From the NCBI GenBank assembly GCA_965197925.1, contig CBDAOC010000020.1, forward strand, positions 480,001-544,000: 64,000 nt of DNA, read 5' to 3'. This document shows positions 1-11,761 of this stretch, one piece after another (the first letter of the stretch is position 1; each line of letters begins with the position of its first letter). The notes beneath the pieces are model-generated. The model was not told the origin of the DNA, did not search any database, and worked only from the letters and a program-made list of their open reading frames with translations. Both the position numbers and the translations under genes were made by a program. The DNA comes from Nitrososphaerales archaeon (GTDB lineage Archaea > Thermoproteota > Nitrososphaeria > Nitrososphaerales > UBA213).

Positions 1-51
1 GAACCAAAAATAGCAAAGGATTTAAGTAAGATTAAATTTGCTGTACGATAA

Positions 52-1299
52 TTGTCAGCAATCAATCCTTATGAGAATGCCTTGAAGCAACTTGCCGATG
101 CATCGAAGCTAATAAGATTAGATCCTGGTATGCATGAATTTCTAAAAACTCCGAAACGTATACTTACAGTGTCTGTGCCGGTCAAGATGGATAACGGGAG
201 GGTAAAGATATTTGTTGGTCATAAGGTGCAGCATAATGATGCCAGAGGACCTTTCAAGGGAGGCATTAGGTATCATCCCGCTGTAACTTTGGATGAAGTC
301 AAGGCTCTGGCTTCATGGATGACGTGGAAGTGTGCAATTGCCGACATTCCATATGGCGGAGGGAAGGGGGGTATAGTTTGTGATCCACACAAAATGTCTG
401 TAGGTGAGATGGAAAGGATGACCAGAAGGTACGCCTTTGGCATTTCCGATATAATTGGTCCTTACGTTGATATTCCCGCTCCTGACATTTACACCACCCC
501 AAGAGAAATGGGTTGGATTATGGATACGTATAGCGCTTTGAAGGGTCAGATTAACCCTGGTGTAATTACTGGAAAGCCGATACCAATTGGTGGCTCTGAA
601 GGAAGGGGGGAAGCAACTGGAAAAGGTGTTGCATTTTGCATAAGGGAAGGTGCAAAGAAAGTTGGCATAAAGCTAAAGGGAGCTGATGTAGCGATTCAGG
701 GTTTTGGAAATGCGGGAACGTTTGCGGCTCAGTTTATGGATGAAATGGGTGCCACTGTGATAGCTGCTAGTGATTCGAAGGGGGGAGTATTGAACAAGAA
801 AGGCATTAATTCTAACAAGTTGATTGATTACAAGGCGAAGAGTAAAAAGGTAGCTGGATTTCCCGGCACCAAACAAATTACAAATGAAGAACTGCTAGAA
901 CTGGATTGTGATATATTGGTCCCCGCAGCATATGAAAATCAAATAACAAAGGAGAATGCGCCCAATGTAAAGGCAAAGTTAATTGCTGAAGCGGCAAATG
1001 GTCCCACAACACCAGAAGCAGATGCAATCCTCTTCAAGAAAAATAAACTTGTGATACCAGATATTCTTGCAAACTCGGGTGGCGTTACCGTGAGTTATTA
1101 CGAATGGCTACAGAACTTATCAAGGGATTATTGGGATCATGATACTGTGAAAAACAGACTTGAGAAAAATATTGTTAGGTCATTTAATGATGTTTACAAG
1201 ACTGCGAAAGAGTATAAGGTTGACATGAGGAAGGGTAGCATGGTCCTAGCAGTAAACAGAGTTGTAGAGGCTGTAAAGTACAGAGGAATCTGGCCTTAG
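52..1299 (+). CDS. gdhA: Glu/Leu/Phe/Val dehydrogenase (glutamate dehydrogenase)
   Basis: Motifs GPFKGGIRYHP, GGGKGG, DIPAPD, QGFGNAG, EAANGP; full length 415 aa. Confidence 0.95.
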   Translation: MSAINPYENALKQLADASKLIRLDPGMHEFLKTPKRILTVSVPVKMDNGRVKIFVGHKVQHNDARGPFKGGIRYHPAVTLDEVKALASWMTWKCAIADIPYGGGKGGIVCDPHKMSVGEMERMTRRYAFGISDIIGPYVDIPAPDIYTTPREMGWIMDTYSALKGQINPGVITGKPIPIGGSEGRGEATGKGVAFCIREGAKKVGIKLKGADVAIQGFGNAGTFAAQFMDEMGATVIAASDSKGGVLNKKGINSNKLIDYKAKSKKVAGFPGTKQITNEELLELDCDILVPAAYENQITKENAPNVKAKLIAEAANGPTTPEADAILFKKNKLVIPDILANSGGVTVSYYEWLQNLSRDYWDHDTVKNRLEKNIVRSFNDVYKTAKEYKVDMRKGSMVLAVNRVVEAVKYRGIWP

Positions 1300-1520
1300 A
1301 TGAAAGTTGATTCCATTTTATTCAGATAAAAATTTAATTCCTATCAGATAAAAAATGATTTTTTAACGAGGGAGTAGATCAAATTGTGTATGTTCCTACA
1401 ATAAATCCAATAACGATAATTTGATGTTGATTGCAGTAATTCTGTTTTTTAGGAAAGAAAATGAATTAGTATATTTGAACTCTTGTCTTCAAACTATAGT
1501 AAGACAATTATCAAACATAC

Positions 1521-2278
1521 CTAGTCTTCCTCCTTCCTCAACTTTTCCAACAGCTTATCAAAAGGCAGGTTTAATCTTTCCGTCTTAACCAACCAGAATA
1601 GCACACCACCTACAGCAAGTAGGACGAACAGGTAGGGGTAGCTGAGAAGCATGTCTTTTATTCCAGGTTGTGGGGGTTTAGGCGGATCTATCGTATCTAT
1701 CCTATTTGTAGTTGGTGGAGGTGGTGGAGGCGGATCCGACACAGCCTCCATATTCATCTGGACCGTGCTTGTCTTGTAACCGGGACCAGAAATCACCGCC
1801 CTTACAAGAAATTCCGATGGTTCATTCATAACGAATATTGCTTCGGCACTTCCAAGTTCATTGGTGAGTTCAGTGGCATCCAACAACTCTGCTTTGTTGT
1901 TGGACCATTTTACGTTTAAATCTCTCAATGGCATTTCCAAATATTTCGAATCGAGAGTAACGATAAATTCTTCATCAGGCTTGACAATTTCAATATCTGT
2001 TTCGAGTTCTACTGTTGGCGCTGGCGCTGTAACTTGAACGTTAACTTTGGTTGACTGGAAGTTGTTCGCAAGTGCAGTGATTTCTGTTGCACCATCATCC
2101 TTTGCCTCGATCAAGAGAGTAGTGTAGTACTGACCTTTGGGCAATAAGATCGTGTCTGGTGCAGAGATCACATTCCTTATCGAAGGAACTAACAAGATCT
2201 CAACATCGCTCAATGTCTTTATTGGAAAACCTTCCTTGTCAAGCACCTGCAGAGGAACAGTGTATTGTGCATTACCTA
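1521..2278 (-). pseudogene. 5'-truncated membrane-anchored surface protein (Ig-like region, poly-Pro linker, C-terminal TM helix)
   Basis: Frame stays open up to the IS edge at 2279; PPPPPPP linker; hydrophobic C-terminal helix. Confidence 0.7.
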
Positions 2279-3152
2279 CAACTCATCTCAAAACTAACCA
2301 TTTAGACAATTTTTAGCGGCCATTTAGATCCATGAATAGCGACATCTAAAATTATTTTATGAAATTCCAAGAATTATCAGACAAACAGTGGAGTATGATG
2401 GAATCACACATACCGCCACATGCAAAAACTGGCAGGCCTAGGGATTATGATAGAAAAATCATTAACGGAATAATCCATGTTCTAACTACTGGATGCCGAT
2501 GGGACGATATGCCAAAAAGATATGGTGATGATTCTACTGCAAACAGAAGGTTAAACAAATGGCAACAAAAAGGAATCTGGAAAAAGATTCTATCACGTAC
2601 TATTCACTCAGCACATAAATCTGGCAAAATTAATCTACAAAAAATATCAGTTGACTCTTCATCCATTCCTGATAAAAAAGGGGCAATGTAACTGGATATA
2701 ATGGATTCAAGAGAATAACAGGTACAAAAATACATGCCGCAGTAGAGAGTAACGGATTTCCAATATCCATACTGTTGAGTCCAGCAAATGAACATGACAG
2801 TACAAAATGCATGGATGTTACAGGATCAATTTCAGACTATCTTGATGATGATTCAATACAACAGATAGAATCAGTTTATGCAGACAAAATGATGCAAAAT
2901 ACATCAGAATGTATTTGTGGGATAGAAATATTGCATGTTGCATCCCATACAAAATAAATTCCAAGTTCATCTTGCAAAATAATGATTGCAAACATTACAG
3001 CAAGACAAGATTTGTAGTTGAGAGATTCCTTGCATGGCTCAAGAATGGATTTCACAGAACAAGAACCAGGTATGAAAGAACGGCAGAAAACTACCTGGCA
3101 TTTGTTAATCTTGCATCATTTTTGATGTATTGTAGGGTTTTGAGATGAGTTG
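2279..3152 (+). mobile_element. IS5-family element (family C, copy 1), transposase frameshifted
   Basis: TIRs caactcatctcaaaac / gttttgagatgagttg; N-terminus with GRPR..GCRW; A6G4 frameshift site; RFVVERFLAWL C-terminus; near-identical copy at 21635. Confidence 0.9.
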
Positions 3153-3617
3153 TCTATCCGTATAGTATGACAATGCATTGCTCGACCTGAATCCAGATGC
3201 ACCTATTGCTACGAACTATTTCCTAATCATGGTGAGCAGTATGTATGAAGAAATTATTCTGTAAAGTATGTTGCCATCTATCCTTGCAGCAAACTTCTGA
3301 AGCGTTGTATAATATGGGACACTAGATACATTCTAAGATAGAATCCTTCATGGAGCCATTCCACAAACCTTCTGCAGCTCTTCCCGTCATACTGTCTTAG
3401 CACTAGAAGGATCGTTTGCCGCCATACAGAATAGATGTGATTCTTTTTTCTGTGCATGTAGAGAGCCATTCACTCCTTCATTAACACATTCAACATAGTC
3501 TTGGCAAGTTTGACGTATCATGATTCTTTCATGCATGGGCATGAAAGGTATCTAACAGTTGATTTCACAGCGCAATTCTATATACAATGGATTAAAATCT
3601 ATGGGTTCTACAGAGCC
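3153..3617 (-). mobile_element. Truncated IS5-family (ISH1-like) element, 5' half only
   Basis: End ggctctgtagaacccatag and internal sequence match the element at 42274-43236; cut off at the adjacent IS. Confidence 0.85.
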
Positions 3618-3667
3618 TGTCAAACGTTAACTTTTTTATTTATGGTAATCATTCTCTGATTTATTCG

Positions 3668-5128
3668 ATGGTCCAAGTTGATACTCCAAGCAATACTACC
3701 TCGTATTTGGGTGAAGGTGATGTCAGGCGGGAAAAAATAAAAAAATCTCTACAGATCTATGAGAGTGTTATTGTTTGGGGCCATTCTAAGAATCTAACTA
3801 TTAGGGAAGATTATTCATTTAATGAGCTGATTTATACCTCCTTGGAAGGACTTGACAGAACTATGGTGTGGCGCAAACGCCGGCCATTTAGCATGAAATT
3901 TGATCCTATAAGAGCCGTTCTGGGTTATCGGGTAAGTGATTTCTACAGGGTTTTTGACGAATTGCGGAAGCAGAAGATCATTGTTATAGCCACAGGACCT
4001 AATACAATACAACCATTCATGTATTTTGTTGACGCGATGAATTTTGTGGCCGCATTTGTTGATCCTAATTCACATACGATTTTCTATAGCCATGGGTTAT
4101 TAGAAACCTGGAGGGGAGACCCAAGAATTCTCCAGTTTGATGGAAAGGGAGTTACATCTTTTCAGACTTTGTTCTCATTAAGCTTAGTGAATTTGATCAC
4201 CAGTTACCTAGGGATGGGACTTGTTGCTTCCAGAAAAGTGCAAGACATATTTGACCTAAAAGGAATTTTGAAAACAAATCTAAGTGAATTGGTGGAACAA
4301 ACAGAATGCAAAACCTGGCCTGGGACCAAGGAAGCTCAAAGGAAAGCCGAAATCTCTTTACGGGGTTATCTTAATGCATGGTTTGATTTCATGGCGAAAT
4401 CTGGATGGTTAGAGATTCATCATACACTACAAGATAGCAAAGTAGCGGAAAAGGAACAAAGTTTCCTTGATACTGCAACTACTGAGATAAATGAAACTGC
4501 CCAAGAAATAATTGTTGACTATTCTCAGGAAGATGTAATCGATAATGTCGAAAAGAAGAGGGCTGAGAAGAAGAGGGGAGAGAAGCAGATGCAGTGGACG
4601 ATGATGCGTATTGCATTAGGAATTCTATATCCCAGAAAAAAGAATTTTCTACGTTCATGTTGGGAAAATAAGGAACGTGGAATAACATGGAACCAGCTTG
4701 AAGAAAGATATTATGAAGAGATTTGGGATCTCATTCGACTAGATCTTGCAGGAAAGGATATTGTTGCAGAGATCGAGGAGAAGGATATGTATACTTTGGG
4801 GAAGATGCATTTCATATTTGAGCTCAAACGTTCAGAGAGACCAAGGGAAAAGATCCGAACTCTTGAACAATTTACCATAGAGGAGCTCAGAGGAAGAAAG
4901 GAAAATTTGTTAACCAGACTTAAATGGGAAGGAAAGGTTCTTTCTTCAGATGCCGCGTGGGTCGATATAGTAACTAGATTTAGAAAACTTATAATTCGAT
5001 ATCACCCTGACAGAGTTGAGGTAACAGGTATAGAACCGGTAGAAGCAAAGAAAGTATCATCACAAGTAATACAGGATTTTCGAGAATTGGAGATCATACA
5101 CGACCTGCACCCAGAGATATTCAAGTAA
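3668..5128 (+). CDS. Hypothetical protein with C-terminal J-domain-like (HPD) motif
   Basis: 486 aa ORF; FRKLIIRYHPDRV...SQVIQDFREL resembles DnaJ helices II-III. Confidence 0.6.
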   Translation: MVQVDTPSNTTSYLGEGDVRREKIKKSLQIYESVIVWGHSKNLTIREDYSFNELIYTSLEGLDRTMVWRKRRPFSMKFDPIRAVLGYRVSDFYRVFDELRKQKIIVIATGPNTIQPFMYFVDAMNFVAAFVDPNSHTIFYSHGLLETWRGDPRILQFDGKGVTSFQTLFSLSLVNLITSYLGMGLVASRKVQDIFDLKGILKTNLSELVEQTECKTWPGTKEAQRKAEISLRGYLNAWFDFMAKSGWLEIHHTLQDSKVAEKEQSFLDTATTEINETAQEIIVDYSQEDVIDNVEKKRAEKKRGEKQMQWTMMRIALGILYPRKKNFLRSCWENKERGITWNQLEERYYEEIWDLIRLDLAGKDIVAEIEEKDMYTLGKMHFIFELKRSERPREKIRTLEQFTIEELRGRKENLLTRLKWEGKVLSSDAAWVDIVTRFRKLIIRYHPDRVEVTGIEPVEAKKVSSQVIQDFRELEIIHDLHPEIFK

Positions 5129-5181
5129 GGTCTTATTCCCTAAATATACATTTAATATATTGTGATAGGCTTGTAGATTTT

Positions 5182-6147
5182 ATGGTAACTGCATGTATTT
5201 CTCACAAGGAAGATGTTGACGGTATAGTCTCAGCCTCAATGATAAAATCTCTCTTCAAAGGGAATTCATTTTTGGTAGATTATTCGGAATTCATTTCTAT
5301 ACTAGAAGGTTTTGCAAAGATGCAGGATATTGAACGTCTGTTTATCTGCGATCTTGGTCTTAGCAAGTCAAATGAAAATAGATTTATTGAAATTCTTAAT
5401 AGTTTGAGAAGAAAAGGCGTTGAAGTTGTATACATAGATCACCATGATCTTGCCGATGAAGTTAAAAATACTTTGAGTAAAAATGGAATTATTGTTATAC
5501 ATACAGTAAATGAATGTACATCCGTGCAAATATACGATAGATTTGGTGATAAATTGCCAAGGCGATTCATGTTGTTGACTGTTTGTGCTGCGATTGCTGA
5601 TGTTATGGATGATAGATCTATAGCAAGTAAACTGTGCAAGGCACAAGATAGACAATTTTCATTCTTCGAAGCAACCTCCCTTTCATTTGCGATATACGCC
5701 AACCAACATAATCCTAATTTTCTTATGTCTTTAGTGAGTGCTCTTAATACGGCGATGCCCCACGAAGTAGAAGGTGTTCTCGATTCTGCAAAGAGTTATG
5801 CACAGAAAATAACTAGTAATCTAGCTGTTATTGAGAAGAATACAAAAAGGATGAAAAACTTGGTTCATGTACAAACATATGATTTGTCTACAAGCATAGC
5901 TGCAAACATTCTACTTGCTACGTATCAGGATGTTCAGACCGCAGTAGCATACAAAGAAAAGAATGGTAGCTACGTTCTATCAATACGGGGTTCAGATTCT
6001 TCTAGCCATCATTTGGGGAGGATTGTCAATAAACTTTCTGTAGAATTAGGTGGATCTGGTGGAGGACATGAGAAGGCCTGTGGTGCCTTGATCCCTAAAA
6101 CAAAGCTCGATGAATTTATGGAAAATGTTGATTCAATCTTGTCCTGA
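5182..6147 (+). CDS. DHH/DHHA1-family phosphoesterase
   Basis: SHKEDVDG, ICDLG, YIDHH and C-terminal GGSGGGH motifs. Confidence 0.9.
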   Translation: MVTACISHKEDVDGIVSASMIKSLFKGNSFLVDYSEFISILEGFAKMQDIERLFICDLGLSKSNENRFIEILNSLRRKGVEVVYIDHHDLADEVKNTLSKNGIIVIHTVNECTSVQIYDRFGDKLPRRFMLLTVCAAIADVMDDRSIASKLCKAQDRQFSFFEATSLSFAIYANQHNPNFLMSLVSALNTAMPHEVEGVLDSAKSYAQKITSNLAVIEKNTKRMKNLVHVQTYDLSTSIAANILLATYQDVQTAVAYKEKNGSYVLSIRGSDSSSHHLGRIVNKLSVELGGSGGGHEKACGALIPKTKLDEFMENVDSILS

Positions 6148-6689
6148 TCTATTTTATTAAGGCAATTAAATTCAAATATTTCTTCTTTTGCCATATCAAT
6201 TGATTTAGAACATTCTCAACTTGAAGGGCCGGGCTTTGCTGACATCTATTTGAATTATTGTAGAATCTGACTACGATTTATTTATGTTTGTAAGCCTTTG
6301 GGAAGAAAAGATATTATTTTAACCCAAAAACTTCACTATTTATTTTTTTTCTTGAACTTGATGAACTCATGTTTAAGATACTACCACGTTTTTACATTTA
6401 CCTAGAATCAATATTCTTCTTCATTGGAATATGACATGATTGTATTTGTTATTATTTTTACCATTCTTCTCTATAATCTCGAAATGATATAATTTTAATC
6501 ATTTAATTCTTTTCGAAAGGCTGTCCTGAGAATATCTTCTCTTTCATTTGATGACCCGGTCCTCCTCTTTCCATACCTATACGGTCTATGGGAACTTTTT
6601 GTAAGGATTTTCTTATCTTGAAATGCAGGTATCAATTATGGGAGTATGCTTCCAAAGATTTCAACACAGTATATTCAGCATTAAATTGT

Positions 6690-7220
6690 TTAATGTTTAC
6701 CCTTTAGTCTTCTATACAATAACAGGAATCCGAAAAGGGATGCAGGAAAGAGGACTCCAATAAGGACCAAAGAATAGAACATGTACCCAAAAGGATTGAG
6801 AGTACTAATGTTAAAGCTCTCAGTTATCACATTGCCTTCAAAAGTGTACAGATCTATCTCTACTATGTAAATACCAGGATCGATAAAGATATAGTCTATC
6901 TCTAAATGCCCATTACTCAAGATCCTTGGATGCCATTCTTTTAATAATATATCATTTTTGTATATTTTCATTCCAATTCTTGCATCGATCACATCAACGT
7001 AATCACGATCAGATATTTTAAATAGTATTTTGTTCAGGTTCCCAACAATTGGTATCTCTGGATCTGTGGCGATCTGCAGTATATAACCACCCACTCTCGA
7101 TTCTTCAGAATTGAACAATTGGTGGCCAAAGGATAATGGAATAATACTAATGACCAGTAGTGATAAAATTGAAAATAAACTGATTTCCGTAAAATACTTC
7201 AATGGACGAAGTCCAACCAT
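6690..7220 (-). CDS. Hypothetical membrane-anchored protein (signal peptide + C-terminal TM)
   Basis: 176 aa; hydrophobic N- and C-termini, basic tail. Confidence 0.65.
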   Translation of the reverse strand: MVGLRPLKYFTEISLFSILSLLVISIIPLSFGHQLFNSEESRVGGYILQIATDPEIPIVGNLNKILFKISDRDYVDVIDARIGMKIYKNDILLKEWHPRILSNGHLEIDYIFIDPGIYIVEIDLYTFEGNVITESFNISTLNPFGYMFYSLVLIGVLFPASLFGFLLLYRRLKGKH

Positions 7221-7569
7221 GTTCCTTATATTTTAATCGTGTTACAAAGATAAAACTATGAAACTCAATTTCTTAACCAAACAAGAAAATCAAGTAATCC
7301 TTCCAATGCTCGATGGAGATAATGAGGACGTATATAATACCCCAAAAATTAAGTTATATAATTGCAATATAAAAAAAATTCATAGCCCACTCTTAATCTC
7401 AAAATTGTTCAAAACTAACTTTTTTTAGACTTTCATGTTATAAGACTTTTTGGAACTTAATAATGATGCAACTGTAATAGACTTGGGTATTGTAAACTAG
7501 AAAGTCCAAATCAAATTACCAATACTATTTGGACTTTGCTATTCATAAAAAAACATATTCTCAATTGTA

Positions 7570-7662
7570 TGCCGGGGACGGGATTCGATCCCGCGACCTC
7601 CAGATTATGAGTATAACCCCTATAGGAGGACTGGCGCTCTAACCAGGCTGAGCTACCCCGGC
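7570..7662 (-). tRNA. tRNA-Met(CAT), probably elongator, with 18-nt intron at position 30/31
   Basis: Acceptor stem GCCGGGG/CCCCGGC, D-arm AGCTCAGCCTGGTTAGAGC; anticodon arm CCAGA-CTCATAA-TCTGG is restored by removing 7613-7630. Confidence 0.9.
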
Positions 7663-7712
7663 TCTGCCACCCGGCACACAAATCGCTATTTTATCAGCAT
7701 TAATTTACCTTC

Positions 7713-9035
7713 CTACTCAGGTGCAGAATTCTGTTCAGTCTTGGTAAATTCCTCTCTAATTCTTATGAGATTCTGTCCACCAGCCTTTTTTACCTCAACT
7801 AATTCTTCACGCTCCAGACGTTTAACGAGTCTCCATACCGTAGTTTTAGGGAGATCAAACCTCTCCCTAATCTCGCTTTCAAAAGCTTCTCCACTCCTCT
7901 CTGCGATGAAGTTTAGAGCTTCTTTATCATCGTCCCTAAGATATGGTTTTTCTGTAAATATCTTGGTCAGATCTATGGTCCGTCTTTCCTTAGCCAAAAG
8001 TTCTACAGGTACCCAGGGTGTTGATTTTTCTATCATACTTCTTCTGGACTGTATGTATAATGCAGACACAGCCACGACTGCAACAGAGACTACAATTACA
8101 CCTATTATTATATAAGTTTGGTCAAAAATATCCAATGGAACATTCCTTGCATCTAGTACAACCTTTTTAGCTTGCTGTGCCAAGCTGAATGCTTCATCAT
8201 AATTTCCATTTACATACTCTTCTGCCGCTTGATTGAAAATCTGTTCAGCACTAATAGTATTAAAGCCTTGAACATTACTATTCATTATTTCGATCTTAGC
8301 TTCGCCTAGCGCTGTGTTTGCAAGCATAGCATTGTGATTGGCATTATTGGCTAATGTCTTTGCATCGTTTGCAAGTATTTCTGCATCAGCATATTTTCTA
8401 TTATCAAAAGCCTGTTTAGATTCATTCAACTTAAGTTCAGCATCATCGACAACTATGTCCTTTATTTTATTGGTTGAGATCGCCTTCTCAGCTTCGCTTA
8501 TAGCAACGGTGGCATGTTCTTTTGTACCAAGAGCACCTATAACATAACTGATTTCATTATGACCTTTTGGCATTACCAGTGCATACCTGTTATCAGATAG
8601 CCTAATTGAGTTAGGTATTTGGCTTAAGCCAATTATCACACTATCTTCTGGTAATTTTATCGAAGTAACCATAGGTGCATTCAGGACAAAGGTCCAGAGC
8701 CTCCCTGTTTTATTCACAATATCTATATTGTATGTTATCAATAAGTGTGAAGCGCCAAAAGTATCTACAACCAATGAACCGTTCTCTATCCTGCTATCGA
8801 CAGGGGCATCATTCTCATCAATTATTATAAGCTGTTCAAAAACAGTGCCGAACAATGGTATTGTCATCGTAGGTATTGTAACATCCGCGCCCAACCTATA
8901 TTCTATTGCTGCTTTTCCATCAGAAAAGATCTCCACTACCAGGGATTCAGGTGTATACTCCTTCGCATATATGAAATTGAACATAAATGTCGTGATTAAA
9001 ACGTAATATAGTAGAATGAAAATAATATTTTTCAT
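7713..9035 (-). CDS. Membrane-anchored protein with extracellular domain and C-terminal winged HTH (archaeal transmembrane regulator)
   Basis: Signal peptide, coiled region, TM helix, then GEAFESEIRERFDLPKTTVWRLVKRLEREELV HTH. Confidence 0.8.
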   Translation of the reverse strand: MKNIIFILLYYVLITTFMFNFIYAKEYTPESLVVEIFSDGKAAIEYRLGADVTIPTMTIPLFGTVFEQLIIIDENDAPVDSRIENGSLVVDTFGASHLLITYNIDIVNKTGRLWTFVLNAPMVTSIKLPEDSVIIGLSQIPNSIRLSDNRYALVMPKGHNEISYVIGALGTKEHATVAISEAEKAISTNKIKDIVVDDAELKLNESKQAFDNRKYADAEILANDAKTLANNANHNAMLANTALGEAKIEIMNSNVQGFNTISAEQIFNQAAEEYVNGNYDEAFSLAQQAKKVVLDARNVPLDIFDQTYIIIGVIVVSVAVVAVSALYIQSRRSMIEKSTPWVPVELLAKERRTIDLTKIFTEKPYLRDDDKEALNFIAERSGEAFESEIRERFDLPKTTVWRLVKRLEREELVEVKKAGGQNLIRIREEFTKTEQNSAPE

Positions 9036-9464
9036 AATTTATCACATTGCACAAAATAATACGGGTTTGTGTATAAAATAATATTATAATGTGACTGTAT
9101 GGACATAGCCGTGATTCGACCCAGAACTGATATAAGTTTTATTAAAAATAATAAACAATTTAGCCGTAATAAGAGAGGTGTCTACAATTGCTGTTGTATA
9201 ATCTTCTGCATTCAAATTATCGAAAGTCTCTAGAATCTTTTGCTGCTACCCAAATAGTATTCAAACTTACAAATAAGTACTTTTTCTTGTTTAGGTAAAA
9301 TTATTGTTGCGATATGAACCTAATCTACCGGTAAAGTAAACAATCATTAGTTGAACAAAATTTATAACAAAATTGAATTATGGTTCCTATCTCCATGATT
9401 CTTTATACTTCACACACGTTTTGGACACAACATTCCTTGCATTATTCCCACTCAACTAAATATC

Positions 9465-10504
9465 TGAGGCTTGGGCATAATTAAGCCGGTCGAAACGATA
9501 AGATCAGGTTCTAGTTTTTATTGTTGATATGTTTAGCTCAGACTCCATACTTCTTCGTATATTATTTTTGATTGACGTGATTCTAGTCAAAACCTAATAA
9601 GAAAAGGGGTAGACCATTCTACTATTCTCCTACAGTTATGGTGAGATGCTTCATCGTTAGAGTATGGATAAGAATACCAAGCAACAATGTGTTACATCAA
9701 TACTTTTCGATAGACATGCCATACAACAGGAAGGTAATGAAGGCATGTGGTCTTGATAGGTTGCCAGACAGAAGAACATTCGACAGAAGGTCAAGGCCAT
9801 ATCAATTGACATAAGATCAAGGATAGGTGCTATGGGTATGCTCTTCATAAAAGATGGGTGGTAGACTCATTCATAGTATCCGTTGACAGTTCCTTGTTGA
9901 AGGCAAAGGGACATGTATGGCACAAATCTAGCATGAAGAAGAATGAAGTGCCACGCTCCGGTATAGATACAGATGCTCGATGGGGCTACAGCAGAACCAA
10001 GGGATGGGTATTCGGATACAAGATGCATCTAGCATGTAGCACAGGTTCATTGATAGTTCCATTATCAGCTGATTTCACAACAGCTAACATTACTGATAAC
10101 AAGATGTATGAAAGCATAACATCTTCATTGCCTACAGGAATGGTAAGGTATGTTGTAGGAGATGAAGGATATGATGATCACAAGTTATGTGATTTCAGCA
10201 GGTATAGAGGGCATCCAGTATTCCCATTGGAAAGGTACAAGCATACTACAGATAATAATAGACTGGCATTGCTGCAGTTCTATCAATCGGAATTTGAGCA
10301 TGTATATTCTCGGAGGAGCATAAGCGTTGAACCATTGATAGAGCATATGAAGGATGTATTTGATATAGACCCACTACCTGTTAGAGGATTTGATAAAGCT
10401 AGGAGCATCGTTCTGATTTCTATATTGCTATACCAGCTGATGGTATACTACAACTACTTGACAGGAAGACCATTAAGGGCATTGAAGCACATGTTGGGAA
10501 GTTA
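9465..10504 (+). mobile_element. IS family A copy 1 (DDE transposase, IS4/IS5 superfamily), frameshifted, right end missing
   Basis: Left TIR tgaggcttgggcataatt; motifs DSSLL, DARWGYS..GYKMH, GDEGYD; lacks the 73 bp insert seen in the other copies. Confidence 0.88.
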
Positions 10505-11546
10505 GAGCCTATCCTAAAATTCTAGCTGATAGTTAATGATTGGTAGAAATGATAACATTTAGAATGCAAGAATATTAGTTCATACTGTCAGGTTTAGTTT
10601 TCTTACTATTGATTTTATTAGTATTGTAGATAGTAGATACTAGAAACAGTTGCATTAACGTGTTTATGACACTACCAATATATCGCTCTATACACTATTA
10701 GGCAGTTAGCAAATTCTACTAGCGCCTGATAATTTTCCTCTCTCTTCTCGAACCTTACCAATAACTTTCTGAACCTGTTATGCCAAGATGCGGTTCTTTC
10801 TACAACCCATCTCTTTGCTTTGTACAAATTCTTTTTCAACACTTCACCCTTACGACGAATGTGATCCACATATCCCCTTCCTAACTCCATACTCTATCTC
10901 AGGGAAATCATATCCTATTCATGCATATGTTCTGTTTAACTTTGGGCCTATCAACAACAATGCTATCTATTGTAGGAAAGGCTGATTTCATATCGTGCTT
11001 GTTTGCTCCAGTAATTACAGATGAGAGAGGTACTCCTCTTCTATCAACCAGCATGTGACGTTTGGTACCTAGCTTGCCTCTATCCGTTGGGTTTGCTCCG
11101 GCCGTTTTCCCCCTAATGGGGCCTTCGGTACGCTATCCATGGATTGCCAGTCCCATCCTATACCCTTCAATTCATCATATATTTCCAGCAGCCTCTTCCA
11201 TACCTTCTTGAATACTCCTATCCCAATCCATTCCTGAAATCTTGCATGGCAAGTTGAGCCAGAACCAAATTCTTTAGATACCTTCTTCCACTGGCATCCA
11301 GTTCTTAATACGTACAGTATTCCATTCAATACTTTTCTAAATGGCACAGCTGGCCTTCCAACTGTTCTTGCTGGTTTCTCTGGTAGCAACACTAGTTTGA
11401 ACTCTTCCCATAGATTGTCTGGTATATGCCATATGGTCGGCATGCTCTTTTTCTTTGATTTTCTCACAAATTTAGCTAGAGAGGACAGATCTAGATCTGT
11501 TTCGGTATAAACAATTAGGCTATGATGTTAATTTTCGGATAAGCTC
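10505..11546 (-). mobile_element. IS5-family element (family B, two-ORF frameshift transposase), degenerate
   Basis: Ends gagcctatcctaaaatt / aattttcggataagctc; ORFs 11069-11467 (TGCQW) and 10672-10890 (RWVVER); matches 60876-61931. Confidence 0.9.
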
Positions 11547-11761
11547 CAAGCGTTCTCGTAATAATGACGGCGGTTGTAGGTATGGGGATAGCTGCTGCCA
11601 GATTCAAGAACCCATTATTGTAGACAAGTATTACGTTTGATGAGGAAACGAGTCATGTAGACTTGGCCTAGGGTAATTATAACATAACAGAAGCGAATCT
11701 TAAATGATAAGGAATTAGTAAAAAGAGGGGAGTTAAGAAGCCCAACGTCGGGATTCTTTCT

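Noticed and set aside
9456..9465. ctaaatatct flank shared by IS ends at 9465 and 52785 as a TSD
   Set aside because: The orientation is wrong for a TSD pair; it could be weak target preference or chance in AT-rich DNA.
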